This document shows, one piece after another, positions 1 through 11,532 of a DNA stretch of 64,000 nucleotides (position 1 is the first letter of the stretch; every line of letters starts with the position of its first letter). The stretch lies in the NCBI RefSeq assembly GCF_006345805.1, contig NC_042999.1:98890001-98954000 (forward strand), read 5' to 3'. This DNA is from Octopus sinensis. Its lineage: Eukaryota. The translations under genes were made by a program, and so were the position numbers. Below the pieces are notes generated by a model. The model made no database searches. It saw only the letters and a list, made by a program, of their open reading frames with translations, and was not told the DNA's origin.

Positions 1-245
1 GAAGGCTAAAAGGAAAGAAGAAAGAATGCCTTCCTAAGAATCTGTTGGTGTTAAGTGTCCAAAGTGCTTAAGGTCTCTTTGGGCTTCTTACAGTGGAACT
101 CCCTCCTATTTGGAAGCATATTATTAATTTAATCTCTTTGTTAATTGTTGTGTTTGTTGTCTGTTTACACGTTTAACCTCACTGTCCCTTGTCTGTGTAT
201 CATCCTCTATGTTTTGTGTTTGACCCCGGTGGCCAATAAAGAATT
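1..245 (+). repeat. 3' end of a LINE/SINE (tail ...gtttgaccccggtggccaataaagaa followed by (TTA)n)
   Basis: The same tail motif occurs at about 39330-39376 and at the 3' end of the SINE copies (2098-2150 and 5442-5500, minus strand). Confidence 0.5.
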
Positions 246-263
246 ATTATTATTATCATTACT

Positions 264-299
<36 letters not shown>

Positions 300-310
300 T
301 TATTATTATT

Positions 311-1109
311 ATTTTTTTTTTTTTTTCTGTTTTCAAATTTGCTTCCATTTCTTGCCGAGTGTCTTCCCGACTCCTAGGGCAAAGAAACTCATAGTATACA
401 TTGATAGGCCATTAAACTAAACTCAATAGTTCGTTCATTTTTTTTTTTTTTTGAGTTAAATTAAAATACATGGGTAGTAGTAGTACTCACATCGACAATA
501 CTCTTCTCAATACATGTGATGTACCAGTTAAGACAATCTTTTGCACTTCTTGCAGGGATGGTAAGCCAGGGATCATTCTCATATAATTTTCGGTCCCCTT
601 CTTGATCATTCCTAGTGCTCCTACGATCACTGGTATTGTAACCGCCTTGAGATGCCACATTTTCTCAATTTCAATGAGTAGGTCTTTATATTTTCTGAGC
701 TTGTCAAACTCTTTCGCCGAGATATTATGATCACAGGGGATGCTCATGTCGATCAATAAGCAAACTTTATTGTTTTGGTCTTTCACAACAATATCTGGTT
801 TATTGGCTTTGATGGTTCGGTCTGTATGTACTGGAAAGTCCCACAGAATCATTACATTTTCTCCTTCAGTTACAGCCTCAGGGTGGTGATTATACCACTT
901 GTCGGCAGTTTTGATATTGTAATGCCGACTTATTAGCCAGTGTAGATATTGGCCAACTCTGTCATGTCTTAATTTATACTCCACTGGTGCTAAGACTTTA
1001 CATCCAGAGATTAGGTGGTCCACTGTTTCAATCATGTCATTGCAGAATCGGCATTTTGGGTCTGCTCCATTTTTCATTACATTGGCCTGGTAGTTCCGGG
1101 TTAATAGGC

Positions 1110-1110
<1 letters not shown>
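311..1110 (-). mobile_element. 5'-truncated R4/Dong-clade non-LTR retrotransposon (CCHC knuckle plus PD-(D/E)xK restriction-like endonuclease, 3' UTR)
   Basis: ORF 487-1233: CRFCNDMIETVDHLISGC, RHD, ILWDF, ANKPDIVV..LIDMSIP, IPVIVGALG. Flanked by (TAA)n on both sides, the known Dong-type target. Confidence 0.9.
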
Positions 1111-1167
<57 letters not shown>

Positions 1168-2097
1168 AATAATAATAATTAGTTCACAAGCTGGCGGAAT
1201 CATTAGCATGCCTGACAAAATGCTTGGCAGCATTTTATTAATCTTAATGTTCTGACTTCAAATACCAACAGGATCCACTTTACTTTTCATCCTGATTGAT
1301 TATCCTGAGTATGATTGCTTTCTCATTTTCTGTAACCTTTTCTGGCCTTATAATTATTATTATTGTTATTATTATTATTATTATTATTTATGTATGTATG
1401 TATGCCTGTTCCCTACAAGTTCCTTCAATTCAAATAATGAGAAAATTTTCCTATTCACCTAATAGCAATTTACTACTAAGAACTAAAAATCTTTAAAATC
1501 TATTCAACATGTTCTCAAAACCTAGCAGCTCTCTGCTGTAAAAAGATCCAATTGCTGTTTCATTCTTTTCAGACCCCTGTGTTTTCTTATCACTTTACTT
1601 TATCAATATCTGTAACACAACCTACTGCATTTATCAATAGTAAATGCTAGTGGTATTTGAAATCCATTTTACTGAAATTGTTTTATTTATTAGATCACAT
1701 ATTTAACACTTTGCTAATACTTTGTACTTCTGAATTATCTCCAGTTCACCACTCAGTTCTGATTGTGAGGTTTATCTAAGTAGCTGAGTGGTTTAGATAC
1801 AGTTTGAAGAAATACAGTGTACAGAAAGTGATGCTTCTAAGTGTTTAAGCTAACACACTTGGAAAGTTGATGCATTTTCATTTTTTTTTTAAGAAAATGT
1901 TAACACTTGTTACTGACAGTTAAAAGAAAAAGTATGGAAGTAACTAACAGTCTTAAGAGCGAGAGAAAGAGACTTCATGTGGTTGCTTGATTGAACTAGA
2001 AATAATAGCCAAATCTACCTCATCATATTAAATGAGAAATAACACATGCAAAGTAACCAGTAGGGGAACAATTAATAATAAATGGAGGATATATTTT

Positions 2098-2365
2098 ATT
2101 TCTTTATTGCCCACAAGGGGCTAAACATAGAGGAGACAAACGAGGACAGACAAAGGGATTAAGTCGATTACATCGACCCCAGTGCATAACTGGTACTTAA
2201 TTTATCGACCCCCGAGAGGATGAAAAGCAAAGTCAACCTCGAGCAAAAGAGCAAAAGCTGGTTCGATCTCGATTTTCAGTACAAATACAGACCGCAAAAG
2301 CGTGGCCCATCAATCCTTCTGATCCTGACATGCTAACGTTTCTACCAGCTCGCCACCTTGGCGAG
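2098..2365 (-). mobile_element. tRNA-derived SINE with Nin/Deu-like central domain
   Basis: Central motif resembling gcctttcatcc..ggggtcgataaattaagtaccag and a caataaagaaa tail; many copies in the window. Confidence 0.8.
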
Positions 2366-2479
2366 CTGGAGGATATATCTAATATGAACAACTAATGGAA
2401 TGAGAACAGTCAATGCCATGGCTTTAATAAAAGGTTCAATTTGAAATCCTAAGAACATTTCCGAATACTAGAGGCTCCT

Positions 2480-2560
2480 TGAAATGGCTGTGGAGTAAAA
2501 TGATTGAAACGTTGTGACTATAACAAACAATATGAAGACACTTGTCTGAATATGTTTGTA
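2480..2560 (+). repeat. Old relic of a Penelope pseudo-LTR (hammerhead 3' half)
   Basis: gaaacgttgtgactataacaaacaatatgaagaca aligns by eye with the pLTR sequence at 51806-51835 and 49628-49662 (minus). Confidence 0.5.
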
Positions 2561-2999
2561 TGTAATAATGATGATTCATCTCTCAAATGCTGACAAAATC
2601 TTGATTTTTCAATCTTTATGCATATACACATGTAACTACATATATGCTTGCACACACACAAACACCACACACACACAAACATAATATAAAGGAAAACAGT
2701 AGGTGGGAATACCATATGATGTAGACAGTGTAAACTATGGATGCACAGGAGGAGCTGTAGGATTCCAGGCTACCTGATGGAAGAAAAGGATTTTGTATAT
2801 AACAAATTCAGCAGAGTAGTTGGAAGTATGAATGCCCTTAAAGTAAATTCTTTTGTTTTTTAGAGGCGGCTCTCTAAAAGTATTTGACAGCTTTTGATAA
2901 GTAGGTGACAAAATTAGCTGTGGAAGATGGTGTTCAGAATGCATAGTAACCCGAATGAAAATAGGGTTAGATAAAAGTTCAGATAACTATTATCTTTGC

Positions 3000-3520
3000 T
3001 GGTAATGAAGAGTTTCTCTGAGAGAAGAGCAGACTGTTTGATCACTGTGTGCATTGCAATGTTGTATGGTAGTGAAACTTATACATTGATTGTGGATATA
3101 TAGAAGCTTGACAGAAATGAAGTGGGCATATTCTGTTAGATATGTAATGTTAGTGTCCATGAACAACTACTGCCAAAAGAGTTGATTAGAAAACTTGGTG
3201 TAAGAGCAACTGAATTGAGTATGGGATTAAAGACATGTGCCAAATCTGCTATAAGAGGCAAACCAACCATAATGTTATATAGATGCCAAAATAAGAGAAT
3301 GAGACCTGAACCACCTATTACAATGTTTAACAGTAGAAACTGTGGAAGAATATAACCAAGGAATACATGGGGTAAATGTTAAAAGCTGATTTCAAGAGGT
3401 TGAACCTTGCAAAGCAGCTAACAAAAGATTGCAACACATGTTGAGATGCTGTGCTTAAGAGAACCCATCTAACCTATGCAAGCACAGAAAAATGGTTGTA
3501 AAATAATGATGATGATGATG
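3000..3520 (+). mobile_element. Highly degraded RTE LINE 3' fragment ending in a (GAT)n tail
   Basis: Remnants of the AMLYGSET-type coding region, aligning with 17235-17700; tail aaataatgatgatgatg. Confidence 0.65.
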
Positions 3521-3819
3521 GTATATATATATATTTATACACACACTAAAGAAATGCAATATCTTAGTCCTCAGCAGTAATTAGTAACAATAAATTTAAT
3601 GAGAATAAGCACAGAAATAAATAGAATTAAATTGCTAGTATGTAATTATTTATTACAGAAACTAGTTGTAGTGACGTCCAATATCTTCTGTGTATAATAG
3701 AGTTGATTTAATGAGTGCTGCATGTCTAAGCAGTATTGTCTGATTATCAATGCTTATTAGTTATATCTGTTAGATATTTCAGATATTGAAATGACTAATA
3801 ATGATAATGATAATAATAA

Positions 3820-5348
3820 CAATAGTTTAAAATTTTGGCACAAGGCTAGAAATTTGAAGGAGGGGAGTAAATTGATTGCGCTGGCCCCAGTGGTCAAGTA
3901 GTATCTTTTTTACTGACTCCAAAAGAATGAAAGGCAAAATTGACCTCTGTGAATTTGGACTTAGAGCGTAAACATGGACAAAATGCTGCTAAGCATCTTG
4001 CCCAGTATGCTGATAATATCTGCCAGTTCACTGCTTTTAGTAGGATAATAATAATCCTTTCTACTAAAGGCACAAGGCCTGAAATTTTGGGGTAGGGGAC
4101 TGGTCGATTACATTGACTCCTGTACTCAACTGGTACTTGATTTCTCAAACCCAAAAGGATGAAAGGCAAAGTCTACCCCAGCAGCATTTGAACTTAGAAC
4201 CTAAAACCAGATGTAATACTGCTAAGCATTTTGCCAGCATGCTTGTCACCTTCATATCTTTATATATAAAAGTAAGGTTGTGTGTCTGTCTCCTACGATT
4301 TAGATTCCTAACTACTCCCACATTTTGCGGTGCAGTTTAACCAAAACCGGGTATCTTATAGTTGTGATTCATATCGAGCCCTTCTGGGTATAAGCGCGCA
4401 TCTACGATGAGTCTACGATTTAAAAAAAAATTTACCATCATTTTTTTCTATTTTAATGCATTTTTTCGCTATTATATAAGGGAAGTAACTCTCTAAAAAT
4501 GTCTACGATGAGTCAACGATTTAAAAAAAAATTTACCATAATTTTTTTTCCATTTTTAATGCATTTTTTTGCTATTTTTTGGCTATAACTCTCTAAAAAT
4601 GCTTATATAGTTATTTCCCTTATAAACCCGAGCAACGCTGGGCGATACTGCTAGTTGATAATAATAATAGTCCTTTCTACTATAGGCACAAGACCTGAGA
4701 TTTGTGGGGAAGAAGGTAGTTGATTTCATTGATCCCAGTGCTCAAAAGGATAGGATAAAAAGCAAGTTAACCATGGCAGAATTTGAACTCAGAACATAGG
4801 CAAATGAAATACCACTAAGCATTTTGCCTGGTGTGCTAATGATTCTGCCAGCTCACTGCCTTAATAATAACAACAACAATAATGATGATGATGATGATGA
4901 TGACGATGACGAGGACGACGACGATGACGACTTCAAGTTTTGGCACAAGGCCAGCAATTTCGTGGGTGGGGTGATTATGGTGATCCCCGCACTCTACTGG
5001 TACTTTCTTGACCTTGAAAGAATGAAAAGCAAAGTTGACTTCAGTGAAATTTGAACTCAGAATGTAAAGGCAGATGAAATGCTGCTAAGCATTTTGTCCA
5101 ACATGCTAACAATTATGCCTGCTTACTGCCTTCATAATAATAATAATGATAATAACAATATCAATTTCAAATTTTGACACGAGGCCAGCAAGTTCTGTGG
5201 GAGTCATTTATATCATCTCCAGTACTTGACTGGTACTTATTTTATTGACTCCAAAATGATGAAAGGCAAAGTTGACTTTGGTGGCAATTGAAAATAAAGC
5301 TGCTAAGCATTTTGTCTGGCATGGTCATGATACAGCCAGCTCACTGTT

Positions 5349-5380
<32 letters not shown>

Positions 5381-5630
5381 CATAATCATAATAATAATTA
5401 TAATAATAATAATCATAATCATAATAATAATAATAATAATTCATTTCTTTATTGCTCACATGGGGCTAAACATAGAAAGGACAAACAAGGACAGATAAAG
5501 GGATTAAGTCGATTACATTGACCCCAGTGCATAACTGATACTTATTTAATCGACCCCGAAAGGATGAAAGGCAAATCAACCTCGGCGGCATTTGAATTCA
5601 GAATGTAACAGCAGACGAAATACCGCTACA
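3820..5630 (-). mobile_element. Head-to-tail array of about six Nin/Deu-domain tRNA-SINE copies separated by (AAT)n/(GAY)n tracts
   Basis: Unit ggcacaaggc...gaaaggcaaagtcgac...gaactcagaac...gctaagcatttt repeats at about 3825, 4055, 4670, 4932, 5165 and 5442. Confidence 0.8.
4257..4654 (+). mobile_element. Non-autonomous Helitron
   Basis: Starts with TC (tctttatatataaa). Subterminal hairpin cccgagcaacgctggg, ends CTAG, inserted between A4256 and T4655, no TSD. Confidence 0.85.
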
Positions 5631-5761
5631 GAATATTTAGATAATTTAATTTTTCTAAAGTACAAAGAATTTACAAGATTCTAGAATTTTACTTAATACT
5701 TTGAAATAACAGCAATGTCAATAATATAATCTGTACTACAGCTGCAACTTGACCAATACCG

Positions 5762-6130
5762 TCATCATCATCATCATCATCATTTAACATCCGCTTTCCA
5801 TGTTGACATGAGTTGAATGGTCTAACAGAAACTGGCCAACTGGAGAGCTTCCCAGGCTCCAGTTGTCTATTTTGGCATGGTTTCTATGGCTGGATGCCGT
5901 TTTTTAATGCCAACCACTTCACAGAGTGTACTGGGTTAGGGTTAGGGTGTTTTTTACATGACAGTGGTATGAGTGCTGTTACATGCCATCAGCATGGGTA
6001 CTTTTTACATGGCACCAATATGAGTGCCATTTACATGGCACCAGCATAAGTACCTCTTACATGGTATTGGCACAAGTACTTATTACATGACATCATCGTA
6101 AGTGCTTTTTACATGACACCAGCACCTGTG
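5762..6130 (-). mobile_element. RTE LINE 3' UTR and (GAT)n tail
   Basis: Matches the RTE tail at 18240-18530 (ggcatccagc stem, ...gttaaatgatgatg). Confidence 0.75.
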
Positions 6131-6387
6131 AATCCTCAAGTGAAGGACCTCTCAGCTGAAAGAGGAATGTAGTGGGCATACTAGAATGTGTGGGCAGTCA
6201 CAGTTTTATTTTGCTTGATGTGTCTTCCTAAGCACAGCAAACAACCAGGAGTCTCGGTCCCTTAGTGAAATTAGTAGTTCAGAACTACGCTAGTATGTTG
6301 TAAATCAGAAAAATTGTACATCATTTCAATATGGACCATTTTATCAAAATTACCCAAGAATCAACTTGTAGTGATTAAGAAGCTCAT

Positions 6388-6467
6388 TGTGTGTGTGTGT
6401 TTGTGTGTGTGTATACATATGTGTGTGTGTGCGTATATATGTATGTGTGTGTGTATATATGTGTGTG

Positions 6468-6505
<38 letters not shown>

Positions 6506-6579
6506 CATATGTGTGTGTGTGTGCGTATATATGTATGTGTGTGTGTGTATGTGTGTGTGTATACATATGTGTGTGTGTG

Positions 6580-6610
<31 letters not shown>

Positions 6611-6724
6611 GTGTGTGTATATATATGTGTGTGTGTATATATATGTGTGTGTGTGTATGTGTGTGTGTGTGTGCATGTGTGCATATATATATATGAATAT
6701 ATATATATATATATATATATATAC
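6388..6724. repeat. (TG)n/(TA)n compound microsatellite
   Basis: Read directly from the sequence. Confidence 0.95.
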
Positions 6725-7306
6725 TTCTAATATAAGGATAAAATTTTATTAAAATTTTATCAGTAGCCAGCATATGAAAAGCACCTTTTAAGATGAAAAT
6801 TATATAATTATAAATAAGGGCAAAAAGAAAAAAATTTCTTTGCCAATATATATTCGCTATGATTTTTTTCTTACCTTGTTATGTATTCATAGATGTTCTC
6901 TGTTGTATGAAAACGCTTTGGGGGAAATGATATCCATGACCCATTTTTAATATTCCATTGCAGTGAGATTTCTTAATAAGCATTAATGCTATGACATTAC
7001 TTTATCACTTCCTTTCCTACTTCATATAAATTAGACATCAAGATGTGAAATTTTATACCTAATTATGATAACATATGACAAGAAAAAAACGTAAAAAAAT
7101 AATCAATGATTTGTATGATACCTTGATTTAATTTATTTTATATTTATATCAGTATTTTTCATTTTCATTTATCCATAACTGAAGATTCCAATCTGCTGGA
7201 ACATGCATGTGTGTGTATTAGTGTATATGTGTGTGTGTGTCTGTATTTATGTGTGTGTATTTATATAGGTGCAGGCATGGATGTGTGTTTAAGTAGTTCA
7301 TTGTGT

Positions 7307-7341
<35 letters not shown>

Positions 7342-7930
7342 AAAACACCTTACTTCCTCCCTTTTAATTTTCTCTATATATTTATACTTAAATATTCATC
7401 ATCTGAAAGTCTTCAATCTTTGCTTTCTCTCATTTTGCATATCCACATAATTGCTTCCATATCTGCTCAACTTGATTCCTTTCATACCCATTCTTTATCC
7501 CTTGGAATCGGTCCCTCATAAAGACATTGAGAATCTCTGGATTTTATCTATTGACTATATATATATATATATATATGCATAATCAACAGATATATATATA
7601 TATCTATTTGTATATGTCTACCTATGTGTTTAAGTGAGTTTGTATTTCCCTTCCTCTTCACACATGTTCACTGACTGATAACAAAAGACTCTTCCAAACA
7701 GTGTCATTTGTTTTCAGTTTTCTTAACTATGTATGACCTTATTGTTGTTTTGTAGACTGGGGAATAATTTCCTTACTTGGAAAAAGGTGAGGGTTTGCCT
7801 CAGGAAGGGCATCTGACCATAGAAATTCTGCACCAACAACATAGAAAATGGACATTAAAATAATGATGACAACAATGATGATGTTGATGGTGATTATGAT
7901 GATTATGAGGATATATGAGTTTTATTAGCA

Positions 7931-8092
7931 GGCACAGGTGTGGCTGTGTGGTAAGAAGCTTGCTTCCCAACCACATGGTTCCAGGTTCAGTCCCATTATG
8001 TGGCACTTTGTGTAAAGTGCTTTCTATTATAGCCTCGGGCTGACCAAAACCTTGTGAGTGGATTTGGTAGACAGAAACTGATATATATATAC

Positions 8093-8124
<32 letters not shown>

Positions 8125-8372
8125 TTGTGTATGTGTGTATGTGTGTCTTTGCATCAGATTGCCCCTCCTGCCGCCAACCCATCACTATTTGACAACCAGT
8201 GTTTGTGTGTTTACGTCCCCATAACTTAGCAGTTTGGCAAAACAGACTGATAGAATAAGTATTAGGTTTAAAGAATAAGTCTTGGAGTCAATTTCTTCGA
8301 CTAATTCCCTTTAAAGTGGTGCTCCTACATGGTCGTAGTCAAATAACTGAAACAAGTAAAAGAATAAAAGAA
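7931..8372 (+). mobile_element. Full-length tRNA-derived SINE (CORE-like family) with internal microsatellite
   Basis: Head ggcacaggtgtggctgtgtggtaag...ggttcagtccc and tail gaaacaagtaaaagaataaaag. Other copies at 36243-36400 (+), 36413-36790 (-), 56956-57374 (-), 16795-16930 with 18980-19130 (-), and 39600-39865 (+). Confidence 0.85.
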
Positions 8373-10879
8373 GAAAAGTTTTTAAAGAAATATCCCACCT
8401 TGAGTCTATTACAGAACATAACTGTGGGTAGATTTTTAGCTGAACATTGCAATCTAAACTAATGTAGCACGTAAACATTTTGTTCCCAGCCCAGTATATT
8501 TTGCCCACCCTGATATAATGTGCCTCCTCAATGTTCCTTTTGTTTTCTTTCTTCTGGTTTCAATCATTGGAATGTGACCATATTAGGACTCCATTTATAG
8601 TCACTTCAGGATGAAAGTGTATCTTTGTAAGATTCAAACCCAGAAAACGAAGGGAGATAACCAAGTACCACCGAGTTTTTTGCTTGACATTCAGTTGGTT
8701 CTGTCATATACTCTGCTCTAAATATATTGTACCTTCTTTGATTATATTGTGATCTCTCAATTTTATTGTATTTTTTATTTATTTAATTAAATGAAATTCA
8801 CTTCCTTATGATATCTTTTGTTCTTTAGTTTGTTTTAGCCATCACTGTCAAGTGATAACATATGCACACAGTACATCTTCTGTACTGGGTTATTAATTGT
8901 TGAGCTTTTAATTTGCTACAATAATTTTAGTTTTAAGTGATTGTTGATAAAATCTCACTCAAGTACCTTAGACATTTTGTACTTACCATGGTGATTATAT
9001 AGTGTTTGTTTAGGCAATAAAGCTCTGTGAATGATTTATATAATAATGTAGTGTCAATGTATGTTAATAGTGATTTCTTTAAGTAGTTATCCATGAAGTT
9101 TTAATGATGTGTAATAACCAACTTAAAAGGAATTTCCAGCATTTGTAGTTAACCTTGATTTTCTTACTTAGTCAAAAAGGTAGGAAATTCACTGTAAGTT
9201 TCTTTGGTTAGTTAACTGGAAAGATATTAAAGCTATTATCTGTATCATTTGCCATTATTTCATTATTTTCTATTGCTACTATTAATTAGTTAATAAGAAG
9301 AGAGGTGTGAAGGTCATCTTGTATTTATGAGTTCAATGATTGGTGTTCACCATAAATCTCTGATGGCCTGTGTCTTCAGACAGAGACTTCTAGACAGTTG
9401 CACCAAGAAGAGGATTTTAGAGGGTTTCTGTATTTGGAGGACTGATTGAATGAAATATTCAATGCAAGTCATTCTAGAGAGTTGGATAGTTGAGTATGTT
9501 ACGTTGAACTAGGTATAGATACTACATAGCTTTGCAGTAAAAAGTAACAGATCATAGTAGAAGCAGCATAAAGGAAAGGAACAGCATATCCGTGAGTGTG
9601 TTCTTGTAAGAACCAAAGCTGTCACTGACAAGTCTGTTATAATTCTTTATGTTTAGTGTCAAAGCATCTTTTGTGTTATTCAATGTCTTCACAGCCAATA
9701 TATTCTCACTGATAGTCACTTGGTCTCATGTTAACTTTCTGGTACTACTATATAGCTTGATTCCATGAGTTTTTACATCTTCACACTACAAAGAATTTAC
9801 AAGATTCTAGAATTTTACTTAATAATACTTTGAAATAACAGCAATGTCAATAATATAATCTGTACTACAGCTGCAACTTGACCAATACCGTCATCATAAT
9901 CATCGTCATTTCTTAAGAGAAGAAAGAGCAGTCAATAGTATTAAGTCCCAAGTCAACCCTGATTTAGCAGATTTCTGAGTAAAGGCATTGTTATCGAGAT
10001 CATTCCTTCTTGTTTTTTGACACATTGTATCTAGAATTACAATATCAGATGTGTCCTTCCTTTTTTAAGATAGAATGATGTAAATCAAAAAATCCTGATG
10101 ATTTAGCTGTGATTTCTTGTGCCTTGTGTGACAGCATAAAGATTCCTTCATTGGTTATAATCTATAGCATATAATATACTAATGCAAAATTGTCTAAAAT
10201 TAGAAGTAAATAGATTGAATATGAAGAGCTAATAGGTATTTCTTGAACACTGTTAATGACATAAGTATTTCAGTAATTACACATCTCATTATAAGTGGAG
10301 GACATACATTTAATGATTGCCTGCTTAATGTAATTCGACAGAAATCTGCTTAATCTCTCCCTGTAAAAGACATCTACTTATCTGTCTGAAAAAGATATCT
10401 GTTTAATGAAAAAGCTCAACCTGTTTGTAAAATGCATCTGGTTTATTTGAACATAAGGGACATGTTAAATTATATGAAATAGTTACATGATTAACCAGTG
10501 TATAAAAGACATATGAAACTTATTTTCTGTCCACCATTTATGAACTTAGCTGCCTGCAGGGGCTAAAGCTAATCATCAACTACATTAACCTCAGCAATCT
10601 GGAAAAGTCTTCAGAACGTATGGGCATTTCTTAAAAATAATAATAATAATAACAATTTCAAATTTTGGCACAAGACCAGTAATTTGGGGGAGGGGGCAAG
10701 TTGATTACATTGACTCCAGTGTTCAACTTATTCTATAAATCCTGAAGGGATGAAATGCAGAGTCAGTACCTGCAGTATTTGGCTGAGAGCGTAATGTCAG
10801 AAGAAATGTCACTATGTATATTTCTGGCATGGTAATGATTCTTCCAGCTTCCCACCTTAATAATAGTAGTAAGTAGTAA

Positions 10880-11532
10880 TAATTACTAATCCCTCTGTCA
10901 AGGATATTGGAAAAATTTAGGCCTTCCTATGAGTTAACCAAAACCAAGATGAGAATGAATCACTTACTTTATATGGATGACCTCAAGATTTATACAAAAA
11001 TGAGACAGATCTGGATTCTCTGATCCAAACAGTTGAGAGTATTCGATAAAGATACTGGAATGTGGTTTGGGACAGGGTAGTGCACAATACTAATTATGAA
11101 GAGAGGCCAGAAGATAAGTCTGATGGCTTAAAATTACAAGAAAACATCATTAGATTGCTGTAGAATAAAGGGTGGGGTACAAAGTGCTAGAAGACAATAA
11201 GATAAAGGATGCAGAAATGAGAAAGAAAATCACTAAAAAGTACAAAAAAAAATTTAGGAAGGTACTCAAAACAAAATTAAATGGAGGGAACATCACTAAA
11301 GCCATAAATACAGGGCTATGCAAGTACTGAGGCCATAAACATGTTAGCCATGCCCTTAATTGCATACAGCTTCAATGCTATAAACTGGTCCACTTGGAGG
11401 CTGATGACAGTCCAAGCAATGCTGATTTTTTGTAGGTATTCCACCTTCACACTTGTGTCAATCTTTTTCAACCATGTTGGTAGTTGAGTACTAATACTTT
11501 CAAGTGCACCAATTACTATTGGTATCACGTCT
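10880..11532. mobile_element. Degraded R4/Dong LINE fragments: RT (+, about 10880-11360) and C-terminus (-, about 11390-11532)
   Basis: Plus strand RMNHLLYMDDLKIY; minus strand DVIPIVIGALESISTQL..YLQK; (TAA)n flanks. Confidence 0.7.

Noticed and set aside
6314-6773. Stacked ORFs rich in C/V/Y/I or H/T (also 42018-42916, 48950-49393, 58055-58923)
   Set aside because: Translations of (TG)n/(TA)n microsatellites, which lack stop codons; not genes.
10880-11532. Twin-priming 5' inversion of one R4 element
   Set aside because: The fragments are convergent rather than divergent and the 3' tail geometry does not fit; more likely two insertions.
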